Positions 37,194-47,634 of a stretch of 64,000 nucleotides of DNA are shown here, piece by piece (the first letter of the stretch is position 1; every line of letters begins with the position of its first letter). Position numbers and translations under genes: made by a program. The notes beneath the pieces are model-generated. The model saw nothing but the letters and a program-made list of their open reading frames with translations, had not been told where the DNA came from and did no database searches. The stretch spans positions 3,840,001-3,904,000 of the forward strand of contig OZ242374.1 in assembly GCA_965209055.1 (NCBI GenBank). The letters are read 5' to 3'. This stretch comes from Acidobacteriota bacterium. GTDB lineage: Bacteria; Acidobacteriota; UBA6911; RPQK01; JAJDTT01.

Positions 37194-38420
37194 ATGTCCG
37201 AACCGTCCCCGTCCCATCTGAGCCGCCGCCGTTTCCTGGAGAGGAGCTTGGCCTACGGAGCCGCCGCCGCGGCTCCGTCCACGGCGGCGAAGGCGGTTTC
37301 GGCTTCGGCGGCGAAACGTTCGGGCGAACGCAGATTTTCACTCTGGTGCGCTCCGGGCGGACTGATCAGTCCAACTCAGCCTTCCGACGAGGCGGCCGTC
37401 ATCGACTTCGTCGAAAAGTGCGCCCGCCATGGCGTGACCCATCTGATTCCGACCCGCGGATCCCCGATCCTGGCCCAGGCGGCGGCGGAAAAGGGGATCG
37501 TGATGCATCCCTACATGGCGTTCAACAGCTATGGCGCGAGGCGGATGCGGGCCAACTGGTCTCTCAACTACATCGGTCTTCCTTACGGTTCCGCCAAGCT
37601 CAAGGAAAAGCTTGATCGCCATCGTCCCATCTGGAACAGCCCCCGGGCCGTCCTGAGCGTCAGCCCCTTTGCCGAGAAGCACCCCGACTGGTGGGCGCTG
37701 GACCGGGAAGGGGACCGGGAACTCAAGGTGGGGAGCCGGCTCTCCATGAGCTTGGCCGTGCCCGAGGTCCGGTCCGACATGGTCGACCGGTATATGAACA
37801 TCGTGGAGGAATCGGGCGGCCATGGCATCCAGGTGGAATTCGTGAGCGAGTTCCGGGACCGACACGGCGCGGCGATCCACGGCTACGAACCGCCCATGGT
37901 GGAGGAGTACCGCAAGCGGTACGGCAAGAGCCCCTCGGAACTCCCGAACCATGACCCGGACTGGCTCCGCTTCCGGGCCGGCTTCGTCACCGAAACCCTT
38001 CGGGCTCTGCGCCGCCGGTTGAAGGAGCGCCGCCCGGAAGCTCCCCTCTCCATAGCCGTCATTGCCCAGGACCTGGAGGGGCCGCACGGAGACCGCTACC
38101 TGGGCGCCTTCCAGGATCTCCGCGCCTGGCTCGACGAGTCGCTGATGGACGAACTCTACCTCTGGTTTCGGACCACTTCGGACGTGAACCGGGTGGAGCG
38201 CCATACGAGCCAGCTCGTGGAATTGATCCAGGGACGCTGTCCGCTGATCGTGGAGTTGTCCTGCTACCACGTCGGCAGTTTTCAGGATCCGAAACTGATG
38301 ATGGGGGCCGCCCGGACCGCCCTGGCCAACGGAGCCGAATCAGTGGGAATGTACCGCGGCCATGCGGTGGACCAGTTGAACTTCTGGCCCCTCATCGAGG
38401 AAATCCGGTCGCTGGGGTGA
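37194..38420 (+). CDS. Tat-exported TIM-barrel glycoside-hydrolase-like (GHL10-type) protein
   Basis: SRRRFL Tat motif; HPDWW, PEVR, GIQVEF, WLRFRA..VTE. Confidence 0.6.
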   Translation: MSEPSPSHLSRRRFLERSLAYGAAAAAPSTAAKAVSASAAKRSGERRFSLWCAPGGLISPTQPSDEAAVIDFVEKCARHGVTHLIPTRGSPILAQAAAEKGIVMHPYMAFNSYGARRMRANWSLNYIGLPYGSAKLKEKLDRHRPIWNSPRAVLSVSPFAEKHPDWWALDREGDRELKVGSRLSMSLAVPEVRSDMVDRYMNIVEESGGHGIQVEFVSEFRDRHGAAIHGYEPPMVEEYRKRYGKSPSELPNHDPDWLRFRAGFVTETLRALRRRLKERRPEAPLSIAVIAQDLEGPHGDRYLGAFQDLRAWLDESLMDELYLWFRTTSDVNRVERHTSQLVELIQGRCPLIVELSCYHVGSFQDPKLMMGAARTALANGAESVGMYRGHAVDQLNFWPLIEEIRSLG

Positions 38421-38469
38421 TCAGGGCCGTTTCGAATTTCGTCTGCTCTTTCCCGGACAGTAAGACCGA

Positions 38470-38570
38470 ACGGCGGTTTCCTGACCGCCGAACTGGAGCG
38501 GCGATTTCCAATCGCCGAACTCCTGATTGACAAACTTGTCGACGAAGACCGGGCGATTGGAAATCGCCTG
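38470..38570. repeat. REP-like cluster (REPIN-like)
   Basis: CGGCGGTTTCCTGACCGCCG; GGAGCGGCGATTTCCAATCGCC...GGCGATTGGAAATCGCC. The spacer also matches 24506-24583 in reverse complement. Confidence 0.8.
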
Positions 38571-38603
38571 CTTGTTTCTAAGGAGACGGCGCGAAAAGGA
38601 GAA

Positions 38604-40487
38604 GTGATGGGACGCGGGCAAAGGATTGTATCGACCCTGTCCCTGGTGGGGCTTGGCCTTCCGGCGCTGGCAGGGCATCAGAAACCGGATTCGGGGCACT
38701 ATTCCGAGCCGGAGTACGAAACCAAGGTCGTGCTGGGGAACAAGGTGCCCATGAGAGACGGGGTCAGGATTTCCGTGGACCTCTACCGGCCCGACGCTCC
38801 GGGAAGATTTCCCGTGATCCTGACTCACACGGGTTACAGCAATCTCGGTGGAACACCCGGGTTCGGAACGGATCGAGCCAAGTGGTTCGCGCGGCGCGGT
38901 TACGTCTACGCCGTTTCCGACTTGCGCGGCCGATACGATTCGGAAGGGGAAACGGACATCTTCGACGAGAAACACAAGACGGACGGTTATGAGCTCGTCG
39001 AGTGGCTGGCGCGCCAATCCTGGTCCAACGGCAATGTCGGCATGACCGGGGGCTCCTATCTGGGTTGGACCCAGTGGTGGACCGCCAGCCAGGCGCCTCC
39101 TTCCTTGAAGGCGATCGCGCCCGAGGTGGCTCCCCCGGACCAGTTCTTCAATGCTCCGTACCAGAACGGCATCCTGGTGAGCTGGGCCATGGATTGGGGC
39201 GCGGGAATGATGGCCGGCCGCACCATACAGGTGATCGGCGAGGGGCCCTACGGAGGTTTTTCAAACAATCGGCACGAGGAATACATGCATCTGCCCTATA
39301 TCGACCTTCCGAAAGTGAAGGGAGCGCTGGATGCGCCCTGGTTCGGGACCTGGATCCGGCAGAACCTCTCGACGGGTGAATACTGGAGGAAGATCTCCTA
39401 CCAGGGCGAACACAACTATTCGAAGATGACGGTGCCGGCCCTGAACATCACGGGGTGGTTCGATGCGAATTATCCCGGCTCGCCCATGAACTACCAGGGG
39501 ATGAAGCAGTACGGAGCGACTCCGGAATCCCGGCGACCGTCCCTCGTCATCGGACCCTGGCAACACTCCATCAACCAGCGGGTGGTCGCGGGATTCGACT
39601 ACGGTCCCGATGCCGAGATCGACCTGAACGGAATGATCTGCCGGTGGTTCGACCATTTCCTGAAGGGGATCGACAACGGAGTGACCGATGGGCCTCCCGT
39701 CCATGTCTTCGTCATGGGTCCCAACCGCTGGTACGCGGAACCGGATTGGCCGCTGCCTCAAACGAAATGGACGAAGTACTACCTGCACAGTCAAGGGAAG
39801 GCAAATTCGCTGAAGGGTGACGGGGTGTTGAACACCACACCGCCGGGTGAGGAAGCATGGGACGCCTATGTCTACGATCCGTCCGATCCCACGCCCAGCG
39901 CCCCTTTTACGAATGGCCATATCGATGGAGCGGTGGATGCGCGTATCCCGGCGATCCGGGATGACGTGCTGGTCTATACGACATCGCCGCTGGGCGAAGA
40001 CATGGAAGTGACGGGGCCGGTCAAGGCGATACTCTATGCGGCCACCTCGGCGCGGGATACCGATTGGATGGTACGCCTGATCGACGTCCATCCCGATGGG
40101 TATGCCGCCCTCCTGTGTGACGGGGTGATCCGGGCGCGGCATCGGGACCCGCAACGGGGAGGGGCGTTCAATCCGGAGCGTCTGAGCGAGATCGAGCCCG
40201 GCAAGGTCTACGAATATACGATCGAGTTCTGGAGGTCGACCGGGAACGTGTTCAAGAAGGGGCACCGCATCCGCGTCGAGATCTCCAGCAGTTACTTCCC
40301 CTACTACCTGCGAAATTTGAACACGGGCGCCGACAATATCGGTCTGGAGACCCGTTCAGAAGTGGCCCGGCAGAAGGTCTTTCATGACGCCGAATCTCCC
40401 TCCCACGTCACTTTGCCGGTGATCCCGAGTCGGAAATCGGACCCGTCGCCTGCCGTCAGCACGGACGGAAACCAGCGGCAAGAATAG
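38604..40487 (+). CDS. CocE/NonD-family hydrolase (peptidase S15)
   Basis: VPMRDGV, DLRGRYDSEG, WSNGNVGMTGGSYLG, GWFD, IGPWQH. Confidence 0.93.
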   Translation: MMGRGQRIVSTLSLVGLGLPALAGHQKPDSGHYSEPEYETKVVLGNKVPMRDGVRISVDLYRPDAPGRFPVILTHTGYSNLGGTPGFGTDRAKWFARRGYVYAVSDLRGRYDSEGETDIFDEKHKTDGYELVEWLARQSWSNGNVGMTGGSYLGWTQWWTASQAPPSLKAIAPEVAPPDQFFNAPYQNGILVSWAMDWGAGMMAGRTIQVIGEGPYGGFSNNRHEEYMHLPYIDLPKVKGALDAPWFGTWIRQNLSTGEYWRKISYQGEHNYSKMTVPALNITGWFDANYPGSPMNYQGMKQYGATPESRRPSLVIGPWQHSINQRVVAGFDYGPDAEIDLNGMICRWFDHFLKGIDNGVTDGPPVHVFVMGPNRWYAEPDWPLPQTKWTKYYLHSQGKANSLKGDGVLNTTPPGEEAWDAYVYDPSDPTPSAPFTNGHIDGAVDARIPAIRDDVLVYTTSPLGEDMEVTGPVKAILYAATSARDTDWMVRLIDVHPDGYAALLCDGVIRARHRDPQRGGAFNPERLSEIEPGKVYEYTIEFWRSTGNVFKKGHRIRVEISSSYFPYYLRNLNTGADNIGLETRSEVARQKVFHDAESPSHVTLPVIPSRKSDPSPAVSTDGNQRQE

Positions 40488-40497
40488 GCGGGACCGC

Positions 40498-42939
40498 TTA
40501 CCGGTTCCCCTTGCGAAGTTGAGCGACCATTTTCCGGGCCATCTGGTGGTCCGGGTCGAGCCGCAGCACCTGTTCCATGCTCTCCAGCGCTTCGGCATGA
40601 CGTCCCAGGAAGTAGAGCGTCACGCCGATGTTGGCATGGACGGTGGCGCTGCCCGGTTTCAGCGTCGCCTGGGTTCGATACAGGTCCAGGGCGGCCTCGT
40701 ACTGCTTCTGTCCGAACCTCAAATGGGCCAGGTAGTCCAGGGTTTTCGCGTGGTTCGGATCCCGTTTCAGAGCGCGTTCGAATTGCGCCGCCGCCTCGTC
40801 CTTCCGATCCAGTTCCAGCAGGGTCCGGGCGGACAGGTAGTGTGCCGTCCCCGCTGTTGCCGGATCCATTTCCTGCTGGATGGCGCGGGTCAAGGATTCC
40901 AGTGCTTCTTCGTAGCGTTCCAGGTTGAACAGCGCCGCACCCAGGCCAACTTGGGCGGGCACGAAGTCTGCATCGATCCGCAGCGCTTCGCGGTACAACG
41001 CGATCGCCTCCGTGCTCCGTTCCCCCTTCCTCAGCGCCTCACCCGCGTTGACGAGCGTCGCGGGATCGTTCGGCCGCAACTCCCGCGCCCGGCGAAGGTG
41101 ATCCAAGGCTTCGTCGGCCCGGCCCTGCGCGAACCTGACATTGGACAGTTCCACCAGGGCTTCCGCAGGATCCGGCATCGACGCCGCGGCACGCCGCAGA
41201 TGCGCGCTCGCGGCGTCGAGCCGATCCAACCGGAGCGCTGCACGCCCCGCGTACATGGCGAGTTCACCCGTGAAATGGGCGTCAGGCGCCAATTCAAGCG
41301 CTTTCTCGAGAGGCGCAATCGCTTCCGTGTAGCGTCCCGAATGGAACAGCGCAATGCCGAGTCCGCCGTTCCCGTAAACGAGTCTGTCGTCGATTTCCAG
41401 CACGCGGTGGTAGGTCTCGATGGCCTCGGCGTACCGGCCTTGTCTCCGCAGCACTTCCCCGAGGTTCTGGTTGGCGTTGAGATGCCGGGGTTCGATGCCC
41501 AGGGCCGTGCGAAGCGCCGATTCGGCCTCGTCGAGGCGATCCAGACGGGTGAGCACCCGGCCCAGATTGGAATGGATGTCCGCACTTCCGGGACGCTGTG
41601 CCGCGCCGATGCGGCCGGCGGCCAGCGCCTCCTCGTGACGGCCGGCGTCCGAAAGGGGACCCATCAGGTTGAGGTGGGCGTCCCGCGCCTCCGGATTGAG
41701 TGCGACGATGTGGCTGAAAAAGGCGACCGGGTCACGGTAGATGCCCGTCTGGCGCCAGGTGAGGGTGCCCAGCACCGCGAGCATGACGACGAGCACGCCG
41801 CCTGCGCCCGTTCTCAACGCAGACGGTAGCCGGCTGACGGCGAGTGTGGCGGCTCCGAGGAGCACCGCCAGGACGCCGAGGCCGGCCAAGTATTGGAACC
41901 GGTCCGCGACCAGAGAGAACTGCATGTAGCCGTAGTCGACGAAACCGAGCACCGGTGACAGCGTCACGGCATAGAAGAGGGCGCCGGCCAGGGGACCCCG
42001 CCCCAGCCGATCCCGGCCGATCCAGAGCAAAGCCGGCAGGGCGGCGGCAGCCAGGACATAGATCCAGGCAACCGGGTCCACGGAATCGATCTTCCAAAGC
42101 GGATAGATAATGGCCAGACCGGTGGGCCACAGCAGCTTGCCCACGTAGAACCACAGCGCCCGCGCCGCAATCAGGATCCGGTCGACGAACGAGTAGCCCA
42201 GCGCCAGGGGCTCCCGAGAGGTATAGAACGACAGGTCCAGGGCCGTTATGGCCGCCGCCAGCGCGAAAAGAGGCGCCACACGGAGCAAGTCGGTTCGCGT
42301 CACCCGGCCTGATCGCCACCAGTGCCAGATCAAGAGCGACACCGGCAGCGTGACCACGATGGACTTGGACAACAGACCGGCTGTGAACAGGCCGAGCACC
42401 AGCAGGTAGCGGGCCGGCTTGGGCGCCTCCACGTACCGGATCCAGGTCAGCGCCGCGGTCAGGTAGAACAACGCGGAGAGCAGATCCTTACGCTCGATGA
42501 CCCAGGCGACCGACTCGACATGCAGAGGGTGGACGGCAAACACGGCCGCGACGACCCAGGCGCCGGGCACGGCCATGCGCCCGAGGATCCGCCAGATCAG
42601 CAGGACGTTGGCGATGTGCAAAAGTAGATTGACGGCGTGATAGCCGAGCGGATTCACCCCCCACAGTTTGTGCTCCAGCCAGAAACTGGTGTAGACGACG
42701 GGCCAGTAGTGACCTTCCTTCTTGATGTCGGCCGGCGAGAACCAGATGTTCCACAGTCCGGACCAAGCGTGCACCACCGGCTCATCGGCGAAGATCGTGT
42801 CGTCCCAGACGAATCCGGCTTCAAGCGCCGGCAGATAGCTGGCGACGACCAGGAGGCCGAGCGCCAGGGCATGGGCGATCAACCAGCCGGCAGAGCGGCC
42901 GCCGTCGGCGGGGAGTGCCATTCGCTTCCTCTCGGGCAT
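40498..42939 (-). CDS. TMTC-like membrane GT-C glycosyltransferase with C-terminal TPR repeats
   Basis: FVWDD, GYHAVNLLLH, FAVHPLHVESVAWVIERKD, ADRFQY, then about 10 TPRs. Confidence 0.85.
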   Translation of the reverse strand: MPERKRMALPADGGRSAGWLIAHALALGLLVVASYLPALEAGFVWDDTIFADEPVVHAWSGLWNIWFSPADIKKEGHYWPVVYTSFWLEHKLWGVNPLGYHAVNLLLHIANVLLIWRILGRMAVPGAWVVAAVFAVHPLHVESVAWVIERKDLLSALFYLTAALTWIRYVEAPKPARYLLVLGLFTAGLLSKSIVVTLPVSLLIWHWWRSGRVTRTDLLRVAPLFALAAAITALDLSFYTSREPLALGYSFVDRILIAARALWFYVGKLLWPTGLAIIYPLWKIDSVDPVAWIYVLAAAALPALLWIGRDRLGRGPLAGALFYAVTLSPVLGFVDYGYMQFSLVADRFQYLAGLGVLAVLLGAATLAVSRLPSALRTGAGGVLVVMLAVLGTLTWRQTGIYRDPVAFFSHIVALNPEARDAHLNLMGPLSDAGRHEEALAAGRIGAAQRPGSADIHSNLGRVLTRLDRLDEAESALRTALGIEPRHLNANQNLGEVLRRQGRYAEAIETYHRVLEIDDRLVYGNGGLGIALFHSGRYTEAIAPLEKALELAPDAHFTGELAMYAGRAALRLDRLDAASAHLRRAAASMPDPAEALVELSNVRFAQGRADEALDHLRRARELRPNDPATLVNAGEALRKGERSTEAIALYREALRIDADFVPAQVGLGAALFNLERYEEALESLTRAIQQEMDPATAGTAHYLSARTLLELDRKDEAAAQFERALKRDPNHAKTLDYLAHLRFGQKQYEAALDLYRTQATLKPGSATVHANIGVTLYFLGRHAEALESMEQVLRLDPDHQMARKMVAQLRKGNR

Positions 42940-43004
42940 GTCTCAATTGCCGGCGATGACTGCGACGGCGCGTCGAGAGCCAGCGGCCACCATCTCCGCA
43001 GCGC

Positions 43005-43916
43005 TCACGGCGCAGAGCGCGGGGGGCTGTCCGAGAGTGTCCTCCGCACCCTGTCGTGGACACGGTAGCCGTAGAGCCGGGACAGGTGCCGCAGAAAGTT
43101 GAAGGGAGTCCGCCAGTTCAACTTGCTCTTTCCCCGGTGGCGGACGCCGAATCGGATCGGGACTTCCCGGACACGAAGCCGCCCCCGGGCCATCAGCTCA
43201 AGGGCAATCTTATAGCCGACGGGATGGAGATCCTCCAGATCGGGCAGGACCCGGCGATCGGTGGCGAAGAAGCCGGACAGGGGGTCGCGGCAATCGGCGA
43301 GCGGACACGCCATCAGTGTGCCGGCCCGGGACAGGAGCGCGCGGGCGCGGCTCCAGGCCGGGTCCATCCTCGCTTCAGGCGCGTAGCGGCTGCCGACGAC
43401 CATGTCGCAATCGGCGTCGAAGGCGGCCAGCAGGTCGATGATCTGTTCCGGCGGATGGGACAGGTCGGCGTCCATGACCACCAGCCGGTCGAAGCGCGCG
43501 AGCCGCATGCCTTCGAGCACCGAGAGGGACAAGTCCCGGGTCGCACCGCGGCGGGGCACCATCCGCACCGGCAAGCGGCCTCCCCACTCGGCGACGATCG
43601 CCTCGCTGCCGTCGTTCGAGTCGTCATCGACCAGGATCAACTCCCACTCGGCGGGCCAATGGGACAAAGCGGCGGATACGCGGCGGACCAGGGTCGGGAT
43701 ATTGGCGGCCTCCCGAAACGTCGGCACGACGATGGACACCGGGTTGTGCCCAGGAGGCGATGGGTCGCTCAAGGTCGACAAACTTTCTTGACCGGCGGAG
43801 GGCGGCATTCCGAAGTCTGGAGCTGGTTCCGACGTCAACTCGGGGTTCGTCCTCGGGCTTGCGCTGTGCCCGCACACGGCTTCCGAATGCGTGCGCATCA
43901 CCCGCGACTTCGGCAC
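43005..43916 (-). CDS. Polyprenol-monophosphomannose synthase (GT2, DPM1-like)
   Basis: SIVVPTFRE, VDDDSNDGS, VMDADLSHPP, VGSRY, DPLSGFF, GYKIALE, R..GKSKL; true start uncertain. Confidence 0.88.
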   Translation of the reverse strand: MPKSRVMRTHSEAVCGHSASPRTNPELTSEPAPDFGMPPSAGQESLSTLSDPSPPGHNPVSIVVPTFREAANIPTLVRRVSAALSHWPAEWELILVDDDSNDGSEAIVAEWGGRLPVRMVPRRGATRDLSLSVLEGMRLARFDRLVVMDADLSHPPEQIIDLLAAFDADCDMVVGSRYAPEARMDPAWSRARALLSRAGTLMACPLADCRDPLSGFFATDRRVLPDLEDLHPVGYKIALELMARGRLRVREVPIRFGVRHRGKSKLNWRTPFNFLRHLSRLYGYRVHDRVRRTLSDSPPRSAP

Positions 43917-43984
43917 CGGCTTCTAACGGCTCGGTGCGCCCAACGGGAGGCTTGGGATTGTCGATGTACGAGACGCGAGCCAGT

Positions 43985-45739
43985 CTATCTGTCCACCGGC
44001 ACCACCGGCAGCGTGGTGAAGACGCCGTTCGTGACGTCCATCTCTACGGCCACGCCGGTGAAATCCTGCTGTCCTGCCGACGCCGTACAACGGACCGAAC
44101 CAGTGAAGTCCGACGTGTCGTGGTCGAACAATTCATCGATGAACATGGCGTCCTGACCATTGGCCGGCAGAGTTACCGGCTTCATTTCGATCATCTCGCC
44201 ACCCATCATCAACCGGCAGCTCAACTCCAGCTCAGACTCGCTCAGGTTTCGGAGAGCCGCTCCCGTGTTGACGCCGCCGGCTTGGCGGCGTACAGGGATG
44301 ATGGCGTCGCGGAGCGGCTGGCTGGATCCCACGCCGGCCACGCCGACGCCCGGAAAATCAAAGCGCAGGACCCCTCCAATGGGGCTGTCAAGACCTTCGG
44401 TGACGACTTTCACCGAACCGGTCACGAGGTCTCCCACGCCGTTGGTCGAAATGGTGACTTCTCCCAGGGACGGCAATTCGGACTGGAGGGTGAGAGCGCC
44501 GAAGTCCGTGGCTTGCAGGTGATCCATGACGTCCACCAGCGATTCCGGATCGATGAGTTCGCCTGACGTGTCATAGAAAAAGACGAGGGGTTGAATCGGC
44601 GTAGCGGCCAGGTTCACCAACACCACATCGGAACTGAAGGAGTCCCCGTTGCCGAAATGGGCGAAGTCCAGGGCCATCTGACGGTCCTTGTAGAAACCGG
44701 AGCCGACGATGAAGGATCGTCTTGTCGGCTCGGACCCAGGATGTTCGACGGTAAACGAAATCGCACGGGCGTAGGTCACCTTGGGTATTTCGGCGCTGTC
44801 GGTGTCGTCATTGGGATCGTCGAAATGGTACTCGACGTAGCCGCCCTCCGCGTTTTGGGTCGCCACCTCGATAATCTGGGGCAGGATCAGCTCTCCGGTG
44901 ACAGCGTCTCTGAGGACGTCGGTGGGGGCTTGAAGCTCGTATCTCTCCGGAAACGCTCCGTGAAAGAGCGTGAACCCGCTTCCATCCATGATGAACAGGT
45001 AGACGGGGCCTGCTCTCCAGGGTCCGTCCGGAATCCGGAGAATTCTCTTGATTTTTACGAAAGCGTCGCGGCCTTCTTCCCTGTAGAGTCCGACGATGTA
45101 GCGCAGCGTCCCGTTCACGAAGGCCTTCAGAGTTTCGCGTTCCAACACGTCATGGGCCGTAACTGCAAGAACGTCGCCGGGGTCTATGTCCTCCTCCACC
45201 AAGTGGGATTCCTGAAGATCGAAGCCGGCGACCAGGATGGCCGGGAGACCGTCAAAACCCATGTGACCCGAGGCGTAACCGTCGGCGCTTGCCGCTTCCG
45301 CCATAAATGGGCCGCCGAGTTCTGAGGACTTGGCCGCTTCGGTGATCTGCGCGAAAATATCGGAGTCGAGCAGCCCGCCCGACAGGAGCACGTCCTCGCC
45401 GTGTACCGCTACCCTGCCATTAGGGGTCAGGACAATCAGGTAGGTGGACCCGGACAGGAAAGGGCCCTCATGGGTCATAAGACATCCGAGATACCCCGTT
45501 GCGTTGGGCAATCGCAGGACACTCGCGCTGTATTCTCGAAACCCCTGCACGAGTGCCGACAGGGTCGCATCGCCGCTCTCCACCTAGGCAGCGGTGACCA
45601 GCCCCTCGGGCAGGGCCGGAAGTGCGGACGGTCTCGGACAGGCCTCCTGCGACTGCGCAAGTGCGAGGTGCGCGACGGGGAAAACTCCGGCCAGTCCCAT
45701 CACAAAACATAAGCCAACCGTCAATCTAATCGTCTTCAT
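43985..45739 (-). pseudogene. Secreted Cache-domain-like protein with one in-frame TAG (codon 52)
   Basis: AGGAG RBS, ATG 45739 and signal peptide. TAG at 45584-45586 is in frame with the 43985..45583 ORF. Cache-like VYLFIMD..FHGA..GGYVEY.F..PKVTYA..IVGSGFY. Confidence 0.7.
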
Positions 45740-45855
45740 ACCGGTTTCTCCTGCTTTAGCGAGTCCACACTGGAAGTTACGGGTCGTACTGTTATCCCAT
45801 GTTCGCTCCGGGGTTTCCACCGTAGGGGGGAGGCAACGCGGATCTTGCTTGGAAT

Positions 45856-47370
45856 TCACCGAAAATTCACCGAGAAGAGATCGGCGTCCTTCATCACCAG
45901 GCGCAGCCGCACCGGTTTGCCCGAGATTCGCTTCAAAGGCTCATCCGACATGGCGCCGGAGTGGGACCGTTTCCAACGGACCGTGTGCTCGATCTCGTCG
46001 CCCCAGACCAGCGGCGATTCCTCCAGAGCGAAGCCGGGAAGCGGCCGTCCGGCTTCGTCCTGAACCTCGATCCGGATGCTTCCCGCCGCGGAAGTGGCGA
46101 AGTTGAGCGTCAGGTTGCTCCCCTGGAAGGTCAGGGGCTTGGTCAACACTTCGCCTCCGCGGTAGCCGGCGTTGAGCGAGACGAACCCGTCGGTTCTCAG
46201 GACCATCCGCTCCATGTGAATGCTGGGGAACATGTAGTGGCGGATCACGTAGAGAGAGATTTCATCGTCTCCGGTAGAGACGACTCCGGTGGCCGTTGCG
46301 TTGGTGCGGTTGCCCCAATTCCTCTTCTCGCGTCCGGGCCGAATAAAGGATTGGGGAAACCGGCGGTCCCAGTTCAGGCCGTCTCGGCTGGTCATGAACA
46401 CGGTGTCGGAGGCTCCGTTTGCGGGCGCATCGGCAAACCGGGTCCGCCAGGGGACGAAGCGCTTGGGGAAGCCCAGGAAAATGTGGGGCGCCCGGAAGTA
46501 CGGCGTGATTCCGTTGGTGTAGAAATGGTCCCGGGGACCGTCTCCCAGGTCGATGTCTTCCAATTCGCTCCAGTTCAGGAAATCGGGGGAAGTGGCCCGG
46601 CCGATGGCCCGGATCGTGGGCATCCGCCGCTCTCCGGACCCGGTGTGACGGGGTGGATACCAGACTCGGAGATAGGCGACGTACTCGTTCCTGTACCCGT
46701 CCCAAAGGATCTCGTCGCCACCCCAATCCGTTGGAGGCTGGGTGAGGATCGGTTCCTCGCGGATCGGTTTCCAGTGGATGCCGTCGGGAGAAACCATTCC
46801 CACGATACGTTTCAAGGGGCGGTTCGGGTGTCCCGAGGCCAGCGCCTTGTACCGTTCCTCGGGGGGAGTTTTGGGATTGGTGTCGAGAAACACCATGAAA
46901 TTGTGGTTGCCGAAGCCGTCCCAGATGATGTTGTTCTCCTTCGACCCGCCAAACTCCACCAGCCCCAGTGACGGCTTGGTCCAGTTCCGGCCGTCCCGGC
47001 TCTCGGCGTAGCAGGTGACCTCGGGATGTTCCGGGATCATGGTCTCACCCGGTTCAAGGAGGGATGGAACCGCGTAGGAGGGATCGCTGTGGCCCCGGTA
47101 GTACAGGCGGTAGAGACCGTCTGCGTGGACGACCGAGACATAGGAACAGGTCGTGCCTTCCCATGGCTGGTCGAGGTCGAGCACCTTACCGCCGGAGGTG
47201 GGCGTTTGGAGTTCCAGCCGGACGTCCCCGGTCATGGTGTCGATCAAGTAGTCGTCCACCATGAGTTCCAGCCGGTCGCCGATGTCCAGAGCTTGGGGCT
47301 TGTGGTGACTGCCGGCAGCCGGCGCCGGTGTCGCGAACAGCAAAACCGCGAGCAGACTTGATCTCGTCAT
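45856..47370 (-). CDS. Exported five-bladed beta-propeller glycosidase-like protein (paralog 1)
   Basis: Signal peptide; PWEG, YAESRDG..WTKP.LG, SPDGIHW, TSRDGLNW, LRTDGFVS; near-identical to 56334-57854. Confidence 0.75.
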   Translation of the reverse strand: MTRSSLLAVLLFATPAPAAGSHHKPQALDIGDRLELMVDDYLIDTMTGDVRLELQTPTSGGKVLDLDQPWEGTTCSYVSVVHADGLYRLYYRGHSDPSYAVPSLLEPGETMIPEHPEVTCYAESRDGRNWTKPSLGLVEFGGSKENNIIWDGFGNHNFMVFLDTNPKTPPEERYKALASGHPNRPLKRIVGMVSPDGIHWKPIREEPILTQPPTDWGGDEILWDGYRNEYVAYLRVWYPPRHTGSGERRMPTIRAIGRATSPDFLNWSELEDIDLGDGPRDHFYTNGITPYFRAPHIFLGFPKRFVPWRTRFADAPANGASDTVFMTSRDGLNWDRRFPQSFIRPGREKRNWGNRTNATATGVVSTGDDEISLYVIRHYMFPSIHMERMVLRTDGFVSLNAGYRGGEVLTKPLTFQGSNLTLNFATSAAGSIRIEVQDEAGRPLPGFALEESPLVWGDEIEHTVRWKRSHSGAMSDEPLKRISGKPVRLRLVMKDADLFSVNFR

Positions 47371-47536
47371 TCCGATCCTCCGTGCGCCCCGTGGCCGAAA
47401 ATGGACGGCGAGTCTATCCAGGCAGGAATCCCGGGTCAAAATAGGACCCCTTGGAGTCGGTTGGGGGACATCGTCGAAATTATATTCTCACTCCGCCGGG
47501 CAGAAGGGCGAAGAAGGGAGAGAGAGGCGAGAAGAT

Positions 47537-47558
47537 AAAGGGACAGTCCCGTTCTCCG
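47537..47558 (+). repeat. 22-bp palindromic module-boundary site S1
   Basis: AAAGGGACAGTCCCGTTCTCCG; 20/22 identical to 48491-48512. Confidence 0.75.
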
Positions 47559-47634
47559 AGATCTCGGCTTACGCACAGAACGCCACACCCCCGGGAGGAC
47601 GCCTACCCTCGCGGCGACCCGGTCGTAGCGGGCT

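Noticed and set aside
45584-45586. Pyrrolysine recoding of the in-frame TAG
   Set aside because: No pyl genes or tRNA are seen, and the protein is not a methylamine methyltransferase. A nonsense mutation is simpler.
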